A stretch of 64,000 nt of DNA from Sphagnum compactum (GCA_965153455.1 OZ234493.1:36508213-36572212); one strand, 5' to 3'; positions 1 through 13,684 are shown, counted from the stretch's first letter. Translations and numbers: made by a program. Notes: generated from the letters alone by a model not told the origin.

Positions 1-3000
1 ATTTCTTTAACTTCGTATTTGAAATAGCCAAATCTGGCTAAATCATCGTATGTATGGATGATCACACCACACAGACAAAGAAATTTGGATCTTGATTCTA
101 TACTCTGTAACTTCAAGTGATTATCCTTTCAAGTTTGAAAAGCCATCACAAAATCCGCAAGCACAAAATCCGCAATTTCATGGGTTTTGGGGTTTTTACC
201 GTGATCCCAATGTGGGGGGGTCAATTTGCCTTGTCCTAAATGCAATAATATTGAACATGAGAAAAATTTGAATTTGGGCTCCAAGACTATGATATATAGT
301 TTAACAAATGAGATATTGAATTTGGAGTATGAGACCTGATATATAGTTTTAATAATGGGATATTTTATGATTTGTTGAAGCAACCAAGAAGAATTTTTGG
401 GATTTTGGCCAATACTATGGGAGTAGGTGCTCAATTGGGGGGTAGATATTGTTTCGCAACCTAGAGGTAGACACCATCATAAACCCTAGGTGAAAGAATT
501 CTGGAAATTTGGGTATTTGATAGTAGGATATAGTAGTTTCTCACCACTCCTATGATTGAGAAGGCTTGTTCGGCCTTGGGTAAACCATGGTAAATACTAA
601 AAACCTCATTATCTTGGGTTGCTTTTAAACATTTTAAATTTGGTGCCCATAGATTAAATTAGGGTTTCTGAGTGCCAATTTAGTATTTTGTGAATTTAGT
701 AATAGAGCCTTCTCCAACATTTGTGGCCAAATTTCTCCATTTGATAAAAAGAAATTATATAGATATAGAGTCAAATACTCCTTTTTCAGAAAATAAATTG
801 CCAAAAAAAAAATTTAATCCATTTTAAAACACATCGTTCAAGCAAGTAGTCAAGATATAAAAGGATTTTAATAAATTTCTATTGGTCTATAGCCAAACAT
901 GGCTAAATCTCTTTGTGGATGATCACTCATCTGGCAACATCATAACATTGAAAAAAATCCCATTGCTCGTCATTTAAGAAGGTGAAGGTACGAATGTAAG
1001 TGTTAGTTCACTTTTCTACCACGCTAAAACTTTTTATTCTAATGTTTTTTGAATTTTTGATTTTGAAAGGAACCTTTCGCTTGGTTTTGATTTTTGATTA
1101 TTTTCGATTTGTTTATTTCATACAACTTGTGGTGTGGGTTTAAGCATGGTTCCTTGAATTAACATGGCCAATTTCAAAATCTTACCATAATGATTGTGAA
1201 GTTTGATTTCAATTCCATCTTTACCAATACTTTGAACTCATGATTTAACATATGCAAGACCAAGTTAGAAAATCGACTTAACCCTAAATATCGATCTCTC
1301 CAATCATTTTGTAATTCAAAATAGTGTGAAATGAAATATCACCATGAAAATAAGAAGTGCCATCTAGTTGAGGTGTGAAATGTTTTATGTTAAAGTTGGC
1401 TACATTTATTTCCAAAAATAGGAAGTGTGTCTTCAAAACGATGGTTTCTTTTTCCTTTACGGAAGCTTCTAGCAACAAAAAACAATGGTAAACATATGAG
1501 TAGATGGGATTATTGTGTGTTTTTTTTAGTTTCTTTGTGTTGTTTTGGGAATGAAGAAGCACATGAGTTTGTTGAAGAATTTATGAAGATTTGGTGCCAG
1601 AGGTATGGCATGTGTGGAGGAATGTTGTTGAGGTGGTGAATCAAAAGCAATGCAATGATTTTTAAAAGGGAAATGTTTTTAAAAAGGTTTTTAAGAGAGT
1701 GTGACTTTCATATGTGTGGTGCATTGAGAAATGCATACAATGTTTAGGTTGTGTTTGTTGATTGAGTTGCAACATGTTGTGTGATGGTGCTTTCAACTTT
1801 GTGGTCATAAGGGGAAGTCTCAAGAAAAATTGTTGATATGCATAATCTCCAAGTACTAATAGTGAATTTGGTCGTGGAAAATTGTGGACAATGGATGTGT
1901 ATCATCTCCTATCAACATAATTTATTTAAAATAGGAAAAACATAGGTTAGCTTAGTATGTTGTGAAAAGTGAAACTTTTGTGTCAATGCATGATTTAATG
2001 AATCTATGGGTCAATAGAAGATTAACAATTAAATTGAATGTATGTACATATTGTGACGGGTTAGCAAAATGGGCTTCTTATTGTATTTGTTTTCAATATG
2101 GGAAGTGGAACATTATAATTTAAATGTTGTGATTGGGTGATTATTTATTATACATATAAAAAATGTCTGCATATGATTTTAGGCAATTGTTGAACTATTT
2201 GTCATGCATTGTGCATCTAAGCGGCATGATAAAAAATGCAAAGCTCATAATGTCAAAATATGTCTTTCATGACTAGGACATTTAACATATGTCTTCATTC
2301 TAGTCATGTAATCATATGTTATTAGTCATAATATTTTAATTATCATTGTAATTACATTACAACAACATTGTGACTACATGATTACATGCCTACATGTGTG
2401 TATGTAATTACATCATTACTATTGTGATTACATGTTAACTTATATATAACTTGTTTATAAGTTAGGCAAGGCTACCTACTTAAGTTACATATGGACTATG
2501 TACCTATATAAGTAGGTAAATATGTAGGATAAATTATGTTACCTATTTGTCCAAAGCTCCATGCTTGCCTATTTCATATCCTCTTACTTACCTACCTAAC
2601 TAAACTACTTATATCCATATGTTACATACCTAGGTTAACACATGCCACCTATATATTTCATATAAACTACCAATGCTATTTTTTGTTGATGTTTCATCCG
2701 TTGCTCCAATTCTATTTCACTTGAGTAAACATAATGGAACATTAATTCACATAATAACTTTTATATGCATTAGTCAATGTAATAATAGTCTTGTTAAAAT
2801 AGGTGGTCCTTTCCTTTTAATAAATTGTTTATAAGATTGTGAGAAATTGCGATTTGTATAGGTCTCACATCCACTAAAAAAAAAAGGGATTTTGTGAATG
2901 GTTCTTGCAACTAATTTTAAATCACATGTGACATACACAATTAACATCCCACTAATCATGTTCGACAAGTCACATACAACCATAGTCATAAATGACATAT

Positions 3001-4169
3001 AAAAGACATAAATGGTGATTACAAAAACCAAATTTCTTTTAACGATTTTGATTACAACCCACTATTCCATACCCATCAGAACATCTACATATTCAACAAT
3101 GTTCTCAAGTAAATTAGCAACAACTACCTTGTTTATAGTTGGTGGATCAACTTACCTTTATTACATGTTTAAAATTGTTCATGGAACAATTGTTGATAAA
3201 TGAGGATATGTTTACCTCCAATTTTAGCTTGTATACACCATCTTCTTGCTCACTCCAAATGTAGCAAAACTTCTTTGCATCTCATGTTTTGCAACCATTA
3301 AAACTCAACTAATTTTGTAGTAATCCATTGCAAAAAAAATTGTATCAACTTTGCATCCACAAGTTTTGATCACTTGTGATTTGAAATCATGTATGCTATT
3401 AAGTAATTGACCAAAGTTGACAGCATACTTGGTATCAAGAACTTGTTGATCAATATCTTGCAAAATTTCTTTTACTAATTTGACTTCTTTTGTAATACAA
3501 CAAATTAAATGGTAATGAAGATGAAAAAATTGGCATTTTAACTTGAAGTGGATTAATATTAAACAATCATACCTAACTTGTATTTAGTTCATTGGTTCAT
3601 TCAACTCCAATATTCATAAGTTGTTATACACTTTGCATTTGTTGAAATATATTTATCAATGTATTTTGATTTTATTTTTTTCATTTCAATTTGTAGAACC
3701 TTAAGCTTTTAAAGCCTTTCATTCCTTTAAAAACTTGTTGCTTTGCTACAAATTCATTTTTTGTTACGATTAGAACAACTCTGCTTACTAACGTGAAGTT
3801 TTGATGGTTTGGAGTTGTAGGTGGCAACGTTTTGTGTTGAAATAGAACTTAATTTCCTGGGATAGTTGATGGATTTGTGGTACATCACATTACATAATAA
3901 ACAATGAAATTTGATAAACAATTTGGACAATTTCATAGGTTGAACTATGACACTTTGACAATAGCAGTAGATTTTGTTATTGGCTATTTTCTCGAACTTG
4001 AAAATATTCTATACTATGTATTTTCATGTTACAATTCATAAAATATCAATTTGCATGATTCAAATTAACACCTACTATTTCTTTCCTTCCATTCTTATTT
4101 ACAAATTGAGAAAAAAATGGTTTGTATTTTTCGAATTCACATTCTTCACAAATGATGACTTATTTGTGC

Positions 4170-4660
4170 TCAATTAAAGTGTCTCTTTTCACATTAATTA
4201 CAAATAGCTAAATATAAGGATGAAGCCTAATCTAAAAATTATTGTCATATAAGTATTTGTGGCCTTAATTTACAAACAATTTGCCAATTTCAAAATCCTT
4301 TTGTAATAAACTTTCAATTATTCATGATGTTCATCAACTTCATGTTCATCATTTTTTTCTATTCTATATCATTTACATAACTTTTGCTCCAATTTTACAA
4401 ATGTGTAATTAGGATGATCAAATACAAAGTTTCCACCTCATTCAAAAATTTATTATCTCTTAGTAACGATGATATCATCATTAATTGTCTCACCATTAAC
4501 TTTAATTTCTTTTTTGAACACATGGATGTGAACATTAGGATTGGTGTCTTTGACATATGTTGGATATGCAAAGTGGTTCCACGTATGAAGCTTGATTAGT
4601 TCAACTAAGTTTGATGGTGTACGTACATATGGATACCATGGTGAAAAAATAGTTCCCACC
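4170..4660 (-). mobile_element. Degenerate Ty3/gypsy-type gag remnant
   Basis: Broken minus frames give 'YPTYVKDTNPNVHIHVFKKEIKVNGET...DHPNYTFVKLEQKLCK*YRI...VYYKRILKLANCL*IKAT', resembling retrotransposon gag. Several stops and frameshifts. Confidence 0.6.
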
Positions 4661-5479
4661 TTGGATTTGGTCCTAGCCAATTCAATGGTTGGTTTGATAT
4701 GTTGAAAGGTATAATAATTTGGTGCAAAATTTAATATTGGTGAATTTGGTGGGTTTCTCTTTCCACCTCTTCCTTTTAGTGCTATTCTTGTTTGATGTAC
4801 CATTACAATTGATGACAAAAGGTCATTTCACACATGGGGTTTGTTAATTGCATAAATAACCTTAATGTTGAATTTACCACCCACTTTTAACTGTGTTCAT
4901 GTTAACTTTGCCTGCATTGTTAATTTAGTAACATTATTAACTAATCTTATTCACACATAAAATTAAATTAGGGCATTCTGATTATCATTAGTTGTCTTTC
5001 ACAACCTTTGTTCATGATTAGCTTTTGAAAATAGCTATCAATTTCTTTTCTTTCCAACATTGCAGCTCGTGCCATTGTTCCAATGCCATTGTTTGTTGCA
5101 ACATCACAACTGTTGTTTTTCATCAGCCCTTTGTTTTGTCATCGTTAGTGTCATCACGAGTTTGGTTGTGCTCAACTTCATGAGGCCGTTACAAACAATC
5201 TTCCTTGCATAGTTGTTTCAACTTTTGATTCAAGCACATGAATTGTTGGAACTTGGTCATTTTAGTCTAAAGTCTTCATACAATCATGTTGAAGTTGTAA
5301 ATGAATTCCCTTTTTCTTTTCTAAGGACAAAAAATACATACATGTCTTTGAAACAATGACAAATGCATTTATTCTCCATAGTCTCATATTGTTTTACATA
5401 TATGATTTGCTTATGAATTAGGATTTAAGCAATTGGGTTAAGGCTACGCAACAATGTGGTATTCTCAATTCTTCATGAT

Positions 5480-6143
5480 TCATTATCATGACAAAAGATG
5501 GATTGAACATTTCTGGGTTAATGGAATTTTGTGAGGCATTTGATAGACCAATTGAAACATAAAATGGAAAAAAGGCACAAGATATAGGTGTGTAGTGTTG
5601 GTGAACATATATGTAGCATGTTCATTGTATAAATTAACACATGGTTATGTATACTTGTAATGCAATGAACTATTTGTTGTAGGAAAATCTATTGTTCATT
5701 TAATGTTGTGGGAATTTGTACAAGCGGTGAATGATGTTTTCAAGAACCAAAATCCGATGGCCTCAAGGAGATATTTTGTCAAATGTCATGGAAGAATTCA
5801 AGAAGATATTAGGTTGACTAGAAACCCAAGGGGCCATTGATGTGGTTCAAATCCATATCCAAAAGCCAAAAGTTCAATGTTTTGTTGTAAATGACTATTC
5901 CTTCAAATCCAAGGGGTACAACATGCAACTCCAAGCCATTGTTGACCCCAAGAAACAATTTCTAGATGTCTTTGTGGGGATGCCAAGTTTTTGAATGATG
6001 CATGGGTTTTATAATTGTTTTCAATTTATCAAAATGTTATATGGGGAAATATGTTCAATGACAACAATTTTCATGAGGGCATCAAGTTGTATATAATCAA
6101 GGACAAGGGGTATTCATTGCTTCCATGGCTAATGGTGCTTCAT
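5480..6143 (+). mobile_element. PIF/Harbinger DDE transposase remnant, N-terminal and catalytic part
   Basis: Translation with stops and frameshifts: 'VACSLYKLTHG...ELFVVGKSIVH...IRWPQG...QGAIDVVQIHIQKP...YSFKSKGYNMQLQAIVDPKKQFLDVFVGMPS/LNDAWVL...IIKDKGYSLLPWLMV'. These are the HARBI1/DDE_Tnp_4-type motifs (GAID, QAIVD, D-x-G-Y-x-L). Confidence 0.85.
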
Positions 6144-6164
6144 ATTGAAGTTTAGAGAAGAGAG

Positions 6165-6430
6165 CAGTGTTTTTTTTTTTTTTCCCAATTTTCTCATGTT
6201 GCTCTAAAAGTGGCAATGGCTACTAGAGGATTTAGCCAAAATCTGGCTACAATACAAATAGAAAAGTAGAAAAATCTAAGAATATCATTACATGCTGGTG
6301 AACCACTAGAACCAATTAGCTAAATATGGAGATTTCATAAAAAGAAAGCCGGAAATCTGGCCAAATCCTCCAAAATTCTTGATGATTTCAAAACTTTTTT
6401 CTTGGAAATGAAGATGTTTTTTGAAAAAGT
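6165..6430. repeat. Dispersed MITE-like repeat with 'TAGCCAAA-T(C/T)TGGCTA' core
   Basis: The same quasi-palindromic core and flanks recur at ~25-70, ~720-960, ~51030-51360, ~52040-52230 and ~57090-57200, in both orientations. Confidence 0.65.
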
Positions 6431-7589
6431 AAAGGGGGCTGTGTTTCTTGTACTTGATGTACTAAATCAATCATCAATGCAATGGTGCAAGTTGTGGGAC
6501 TTCTTGCTGCTTTGCAAATAGTTGTGGGTTCAATTTACCACACTAGCTGATGCTCAATCTCACCTACTATAGCCCACCAAGCTATAGTAGCCATGTTACT
6601 AAGAAACCATGTGAATACAGCCAATTCCTGGAGGCTTGGGCAATCACAGTGGTTAGAAAGTGGCTACTTCTGAAAGGAAGCAGTAGCTCATTGGGGTGCA
6701 TTTTAGGGTGAAAGGCTATTCAGGCACTACTAGTTGGCTTACTATGAGTTCCCCTTTTACTATAGTCATTTGGAGGTTCATCTTGTTTACCCATGAAAAG
6801 ATCTGCTGACATTGAACCTAGCCAGGTGGTAGCTGAGGTGGTGGCCAAATTTCCAGTCTTGGAGCTCTATGAAGTACGTCTCAACCACCATCATATATGG
6901 GCTGCAATTTGGGCCTGGGCTGGTGTGAAGCAAGCAGACAGGCACAGCGTTGCCCAGGTTTGTTTGCCCTTTATTATAACTCACTTAGATTTTTGATGCA
7001 ACCATACTCAGTTGTGAATAACAATGTGACAATGAAGTAGATCTGTTTATGAGCTTGGATCACTAGAAGCTTGTTCCACATGGTGTGAAGTCCACGGTAA
7101 ATTCTGCTTTCAAAGTGGTATTATGACTGGAGGAAGGATGCTTTGTATAGAAACAGACTCTTGGGCTAAGAATGAGAAAACATTGCAGTTGCTGGCAGTG
7201 ATGGGTGGTGCAGCACCATGGTCATCTGCTCGCAAAGCTCTCTGGCCTCTTGTTTGTATACAACTTTTACAGGTACTGTCCTCTCAGATGAGATTTCAGG
7301 GGATGGTGTTTTCTGGGGATCTGTACAGACATGGGATTGAGAGCTTTAACTGTGATGGACTTAGGATGCGTACCTGCTGGTATATGTTTTTGGTCACACG
7401 ACTTGCAAGTAGCAGAGTCAGTGGTAGATCGATTGCAGACTGTCGAGTGATGGCTGAGTGGCAATGCTGATGATGCCCTTGCACACCTTTGAGGAGCCCT
7501 TCCCCCTTGTATGCAGATTTGTTGTGCAAGAAAAGCTCACAAAAGCTCCATCATCATCATCAGTTGCAGAACTTCTTTTTTTGTTCTGT

Positions 7590-7910
7590 GACAACCTGTC
7601 TTTCAGCAGGATTTTTTTCATGGCATAACGGCAACCATCCAGCTCGTTTTTGCAGAGTACCACACAACCAAACCCACCTTCCCCTCCAGACAACTCACCA
7701 CATAAAAGTAACAGTAAAGATACAGTAAATCCCTGCATAGGTACCATTCACCTATAAAATAAAACCTTTGTCTATCAGATTAATGTCACCAAATGAGGGC
7801 CCTCATGGTAAAGAGGAATCCAGAGAGGGATTGGCCATAAACATACCAAGCAAGGACAATTCCTCAGAGTCAGTCCGGTAGCGGGAATTAGAATTTGTGA
7901 ACATTGTCAA
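7590..7910 (-). pseudogene. GCN2: GCN2 (eIF2-alpha kinase) fragment, start of the kinase domain, intron retained
   Basis: 'NSNSRYRTDSEELSLL-G' ends at 7847 before a GT donor. After a phase-1 intron (7846-7684) comes 'GEGGFGCVVLCKNELDGCRYAMKKILLKDR'. This matches plant GCN2 'SRYLNDFEEL..LG.GGFGHVVLCKNKLDGRQYAVKKIRLKD'. The rest of the kinase is absent. Confidence 0.8.
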
Positions 7911-8723
7911 CTCTGCCACATTCTTGAAGAATCAATTGTGCAACATTTTCAAATGGGACTTTGTAGCTTGGTGGAGCCCAGGTCCCAGAGACATCAAAAA
8001 AGCAATTGGAGATATGAGTGAAGCAAGTTGGAGACATGGGAGAAGCAAATGGAGCCATCAAAGAAGCAACTGGAGATGTCAGAGAATTAATCAAAGTGCA
8101 ATACTCACCCTCACATACAAACTAAAAATCCTCTCTATCTAATACAATTCAGAACACCAACTAAAAGCTTGAGTTCAAAAGCAACACAAATGTGCAAATC
8201 CATATTTAATTTAGCTGAAGCTTGTTATAAATTAACTCAAATAATTAAGCTAAAAAAATTCTACATGTGCATATTAACCCAGATTTGCAAATTGGGTCTT
8301 CTTGGTAAACTACTTTTCTTAAACTCCAAAAGAATGAGAGATGTGAATACAACAGATATAATATATTTCCACATGTGTAAATTGTCTCAAAATTGGAGAT
8401 ATAAGTCTGAAGAACCAGCCCCCCCTCCCCCACATGACAATCTCTATATCAACGTTTTATTGCAAATGTACTTCATGCATAGCTATGAGAAAGCAACTGT
8501 AATAACTACTTTGAAATGAAACTTGCAGTTAATTAATTACAGTGCTAATTAACAAGGCCTCTCAACAACAATATTGTCATAGGTATTAAGACAATTCTAC
8601 CCATGATGTAATTGCACACCAATTTTCACTTCCAATAGATTGATCACATGTATACTGAATTAACAAGAAATTCATAGTGTGCAGCAGCATTCTTCTTCTT
8701 CTTCTTCTTCTTCTTCATCTGGA

Positions 8724-10872
8724 TCACGGTTTGATGGGTCTAGTGATTTGAACTTCGAAGAGGTTCCTGTCAAGGGCATTCTGGTGGAACCTGCACAAAT
8801 CACCAACTTCCAACTTACCATCCTTCACAAACTGAGACCACCCATCACAAATGCTTGATGTCCATGCTGTAGGTCTCCAGGTTACTGGCCAGTCTAACAG
8901 CTCATGATGATGTGCAACAGCATCAGCACCAACAATATCTGACTGTGCAGAAGAAGAAGAAGAAGCTGAGTGGTTATGTCCATCAACTCCCAGTTTTGCT
9001 CTTAAAATCAATGGAACAGCTTCTTTTGGCAGGTGCTTGCTAATGAACTCTGGAAGCACCTGAAAAAAACACACACATTGATTCCAATAAAACATTGAAG
9101 GAAAAAAAGCAAGGAAAAGAAAAAACAGAAAGAAATCAATAACGTCGTAAAATAAATTTGAATTATTTGAAATCAATTTACAGTTTTAATATAATAGTGA
9201 CATTATACAGACTAATTATAATAACTGATGATCAAAGCTGATCTCTTGGAGTTTGATCACTTAAATTGTAGAATGTATCCATCATATCTAGTGTAATAGG
9301 GTCAGACAATTATATATGATGAAGCACTGCACAGTTGAATCATCTCTTTGAACATGCAAATTACGTGATAGAATTTGCATCCAACAAAAAAATTGTGATG
9401 AAGATGAGGAAGGGAAGTATTATATTCTACTCACAAGCTGCACCTCCTGCTGCTGATTATGATTTTCCGCATCACTCCAATCCACAGCAAACTTGGTTAG
9501 GGGAACCCAAAAATCTGGAACTTTGCCTACCACTACTGTGGCAGCAGCAGCTACCGCTGGAGAATTCCTGGACCGGCCGGGGATCTGCACTAGTGCAGCG
9601 CGGTTTGCAACTTCCTCCTGCTGACCTGGGTGAGGAGGAACAGCTGCTGCTGCTGCAGGCAGAAGTAGATCATCATCATGTACACAAAATTCAATCCGAT
9701 ACAGAATTAGTCACATAATTATCAAAGCTCAATTCTTAACAAATTATACCAATTGTTATGTAGTTAGTAAGATACAAAGCTGAAATCAATATTCATGATT
9801 TCTTATATAGATTTTACAGAGCTCTTGATGGACTGCATGCATGCATGTAATGGACACTATGTGATGACATATGATTCCCCATCTGCCAAATTGTCCAATT
9901 GAAAATCCTGGAAATTCACATATTCGAGACAAATACAAAACTCATGACCACGTACATCCCGGCCTGAATCATTACTACATGAAAAGATAGGGGAATGCAA
10001 AGTCCAAGACCAGCTGTTGGAATCGGATGACTCATGAAAAGCTGCAAGAGCTCTAGGAGAAGGAAGTGAACGTAGTACTTACATAAGGACACATCGCGAC
10101 CCGGCGAAGATGGTAATGGTCGACCTTGAGGAAAGGGAATCGACATTACTGACGGCTGCGCCTGAGCTACTGTAGGACCCAAGATCTCAGGGAGAGGAGG
10201 AGGATACATCGAACTCATCAACAGCAATGGACGAGGAGGAGGAAGAGGAGGAGGAGGAGGACCCATAGTGCCCATGATCACACTAGCAGGATGACGGATG
10301 ATCGTTGCGTTGCTGATGGTGGTGGTGGCTGGACAACAGTTATGATGAGGTGGACCCTTGTAAGATTCAGTAGTAGTGTAGGGCCCGGGCACGGGCGGCA
10401 ACACGATGGGCATCTGTGATGATGATGCAGATCGGGTCATTATCAATTGCTGCCTGTATGATCGCAGAGCCGCTGCTCTTGCGCCATCCTTCAAAACCTC
10501 CAGCTGGGCCGTGCCGTGATTCAGGCCGGGATGTCCTTGCACAGCAGTTCTAGAGGATATCGGCAGCATGGCGGTGCTTGTTGATCCAATGATCGGAGGA
10601 GGCGCAGCTGCTGCAGCACCTCTCTGGAGTTGCAGTTCCTTAGCTCTAGAATACAGCAAGGTCCTCCCTTGCACGTCAACATTATGCAGGTGGCCGTACC
10701 CAAGGCGCAACTCTAAATTTGGTTCTTCGTGATCAGTTTGCAGCTGCTGCAACTGCTTGCTATAAACAACCTTCCCCGATCTTTTCGACGGATTGCCATG
10801 AGCTTGATCAGCCTCCCTGAGAGCTGTGGCAACAGTTTGCTGATTAAACAGGTTCTCTGCAGACGAAGACAT
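8724..10872 (-). CDS. B3-domain DNA-binding protein (REM-like) with EAR-like motif; exons 10872-10083, 9652-9435, 9059-8724 (~447 aa); may extend upstream across a frameshift
   Basis: Phase-consistent GT-AG junctions (TTAT|GTAAGT, CTT|GTGAGT, TTTCAG|GTG). C-terminal B3 signature 'LPEFISKHLP...WPVTW...ICDGWSQFVKDGKLEVGDLCRF...FEVQITR'. 'NLELRLG' at ~10700-10720 and a Pro-rich middle. Confidence 0.75.
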
Positions 10873-11888
10873 CTTGTATCTTTTCACTGCATGCTTAGCA
10901 GGAATTATGGCAACGTCCTGCTGCAGATCATGTCGAATCTCCTCCACACACGACAATGCCTGAACCACCAGCTCCGTGAACGTCGGCGCGCGAACAGTTT
11001 GCTGAAAGATTTAACTTCGATTGTTCTGCAGCAGGCACCTCGAATGATCTGCTCTTCGACGGACTTTGCTGAACCGGCTGGAGTTCCACTGCAGCAGAAA
11101 CAGGCGCCTTGAGTCTAGAATCAGTAGCAGCCACTTGAGACGCCATAGTACTGCAGGTCCCGGGAGGTGCTGCCGGTAGTTGCCGAATTAAATCGGCCGT
11201 ATTCATGTATAAAACCGAAGAAGCAGGCATAGCAGCCTGCTCGTCCATAAACCCACGAATGCGCTGAAAGTCCCACTCATCCGCCATTGTTGTTGTTCTA
11301 CTGTAGCTGTACTCCTTCACCAAGGAAAAGCTGCATGGGACAGAGAGGCCCAGGTGATCATCATCAGTATTGCACATCCCACGGGAAGAAGCAGCATCAG
11401 CTTCATGACTAGACCTGCAACAAGGCAGTTATAGAAGACGGAAGATCGGAAAGGACAACACTATACATGAGCAGCAGCGCTAACAACCAATTACAAGCCA
11501 TGAATAGAAGGCGGTAGATTGGACGACAACAGCTGCTGCTGCGCATGAGGAGCAGCAGCAGCGAAGAGCCATGCGTGCATCAAAGTAGGGGTCATATCGG
11601 CAACTGCAAAAGCAGAGCTCTCGCATCAAACCTTAAGAATCCAATGAATTCTTTCTTTCTTTCTTCATTTGCAAAATGCCCTGCAAAGCAAAAGCTTCGA
11701 TCTACCCTACTTACCAGCTTTCTTTCTCCCCGTTCACCAAATGCGCGCCTTCCACTGGTCTGAAAACGTCTATTGAGTTTCAGCTCCGCAACTCCCTCTT
11801 TCCTTTCCTTTCCTTTCCTTTCCCTTCCATTCCGTTTCCTTCCACACCTGCTGCAGGTAGGACGGACGACGATGAGGCTGCGTCTATG

Positions 11889-12140
11889 ACGTAGAAAAAC
11901 AAAACACCCACGAGAGAGAGAGATTGCAGCAGGTCGTTTACGTAGAAAAACAAAACACCCACGAGAGAGAGAGATTGCAGCAGGTCGTTTACGTAGAAAA
12001 AAAAAACACCCACGAGAAAGAGAGATTGCAGCAGGTCGTTTTCAGCGACAGCAGCCGTCTCCTTCCCGCATGAGATAGAGAGAAGAGAGAGAGAGATTGC
12101 AGCAGGTTGTTTTCAGCGACAGCAGCCGTCTCCTTCCCGC
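11889..12140. repeat. Tandem repeats at the 5' end of the B3 gene (~51 bp x3, then an overlapping ~70 bp x2)
   Basis: 'cgtagaaaaacaaaacacccacgagagagagagattgcagcaggtcgttt' x3; 'gagagattgcagcaggt.gttttcagcgacagcagccgtctccttcccgc' x2. Confidence 0.9.
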
Positions 12141-12477
12141 GGCAGGCAGGTATATCTAGATACCGCGTAGTAGGTGCGAATGACGAAGTGGATTCCCATC
12201 ACCAAGCTACGTCGGTAGATGATTCACTATGGATGAATGGAAACTGTCTCTGTTACTAAGTTGGCTCCTGCAGCACGACCGCTGTAAGCTCCTGCAGCAG
12301 TACGTGCTCATCATGACAATTGGATGAAAGCGAATTGTGAGTCAGAATTGTGGTGAAAGGGAAAGCAAGTGTAGGGGATTGATGCCTTGACGAAAGTCCC
12401 CACTAGATGGAGTTCGGCATTCCATTTTGGAGGCTTTGTTCAAATGGTAGCTAAGTTGTGCCAGAATCCTAATTTCA

Positions 12478-12640
12478 ACATTTTGAAAAAATCATTCCGA
12501 GAATTGATGATAAAATTGAACATGGATGTGCAATTCCTCCCTGGTGTGGTTGTTTGCTATTGTTTGTTACATAATATAATTTTGAATGAGAAAGATAATG
12601 ACATCAATCATGATGCCACAATTGGAGCTTGAAGATTCAA
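12478..12640 (+). mobile_element. PIF/Harbinger transposase remnant, C-terminal part
   Basis: 'ILKKSFRELMIKLNMDVQFLPGVVVCYCLLHNIILNEKD' matches the Harbinger C-terminal 'FGILK..F..L.....V..CC.LHN' segment. Confidence 0.75.
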
Positions 12641-13684
12641 TAAAAATTACATGTGGGATGAATGATTATGTAAATGAACTTCACACAAAACTTGTCTTAT
12701 AAGGGGGGGAAATATCAAAAGTTATTCAGCATGTAGAAATACAATAATATTTGGGGAATCATAGACCTCAATATCATCGACATTGAATTTCATTTCTTCT
12801 AAATTTTCTTTATCATGTGGTGTTCATTAGTGCATCAAAGGTAGAACTAAATTACAAGTTGAAATTTAAAATTGAAATTTATGAGTTTAAATGTCTAAAT
12901 TGAAATTTGAAAAGCTAATGTTTGAAATTTGAATTTGCAAATTGAAACAAAATGTCTATAACAACACGTGTGTTTTTCAATTTCATAATTGTATTATGTA
13001 CCTTTCCATGTTTTCATTTTGGAACATTACCTGACCCTTCATCACTAAGAATATGCAAGCTTTGAATTGATGAGTCGTCCCCTCAACCATCTTAAAAATA
13101 AGATATCAACTTTTGGAGGTATGAAGCCTTCATCCTTGATGAATGCATGACATATGGCAATACTCAAACTTGAAAGCATTATGACCATGCTTTTGTTCAC
13201 CTTGTGTAATTTATTGTTTCGAGCTTTAAGGTACTATAAATGCTCTTTGAAATTGTGTTCATGAATTTTTGAACAACGTTGTTCAATCTCCAATTGAATA
13301 GTATTAATGTTATCCATTATTTCCACAAGCACATGGTTGTTTTTGTTGGAAGACTTGATCACATGAAAAAATACATTGAAACATATATGATCATATGTTT
13401 TTGCTTAACTATAGTGTTGCTTGACGCAAGTGCATTTGTTGGAGTAGCAAGAAAAGACAACATTTTCATTGCTTGGTAGCAGTTGTATATTTCCAAATAA
13501 ATTGATGAACGACACTACACCTCTGCCTTAACTGTTTACATTTGCATTTTGAACATTTGGCACTTCTTGTGATTACATATAATCTTCATTTTCATTACGT
13601 GTCTCCTATGTTGGTGATTTTGTAGATTCCATCTCCTTCAACATTCACATCCTTGGTATGCAAAGGATATTCACGGACATTTCT

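Noticed and set aside
1000..3600. Possible further transposon ORF remnants (also 14100-15600 and 53500-54200)
   Set aside because: Too decayed to assign a family by eye.
6600..6672. Minus-strand 'EVATF*PL' as a continuation of GCN2 ('EVATLSRL')
   Set aside because: Four-residue match followed by stops; not supportable.
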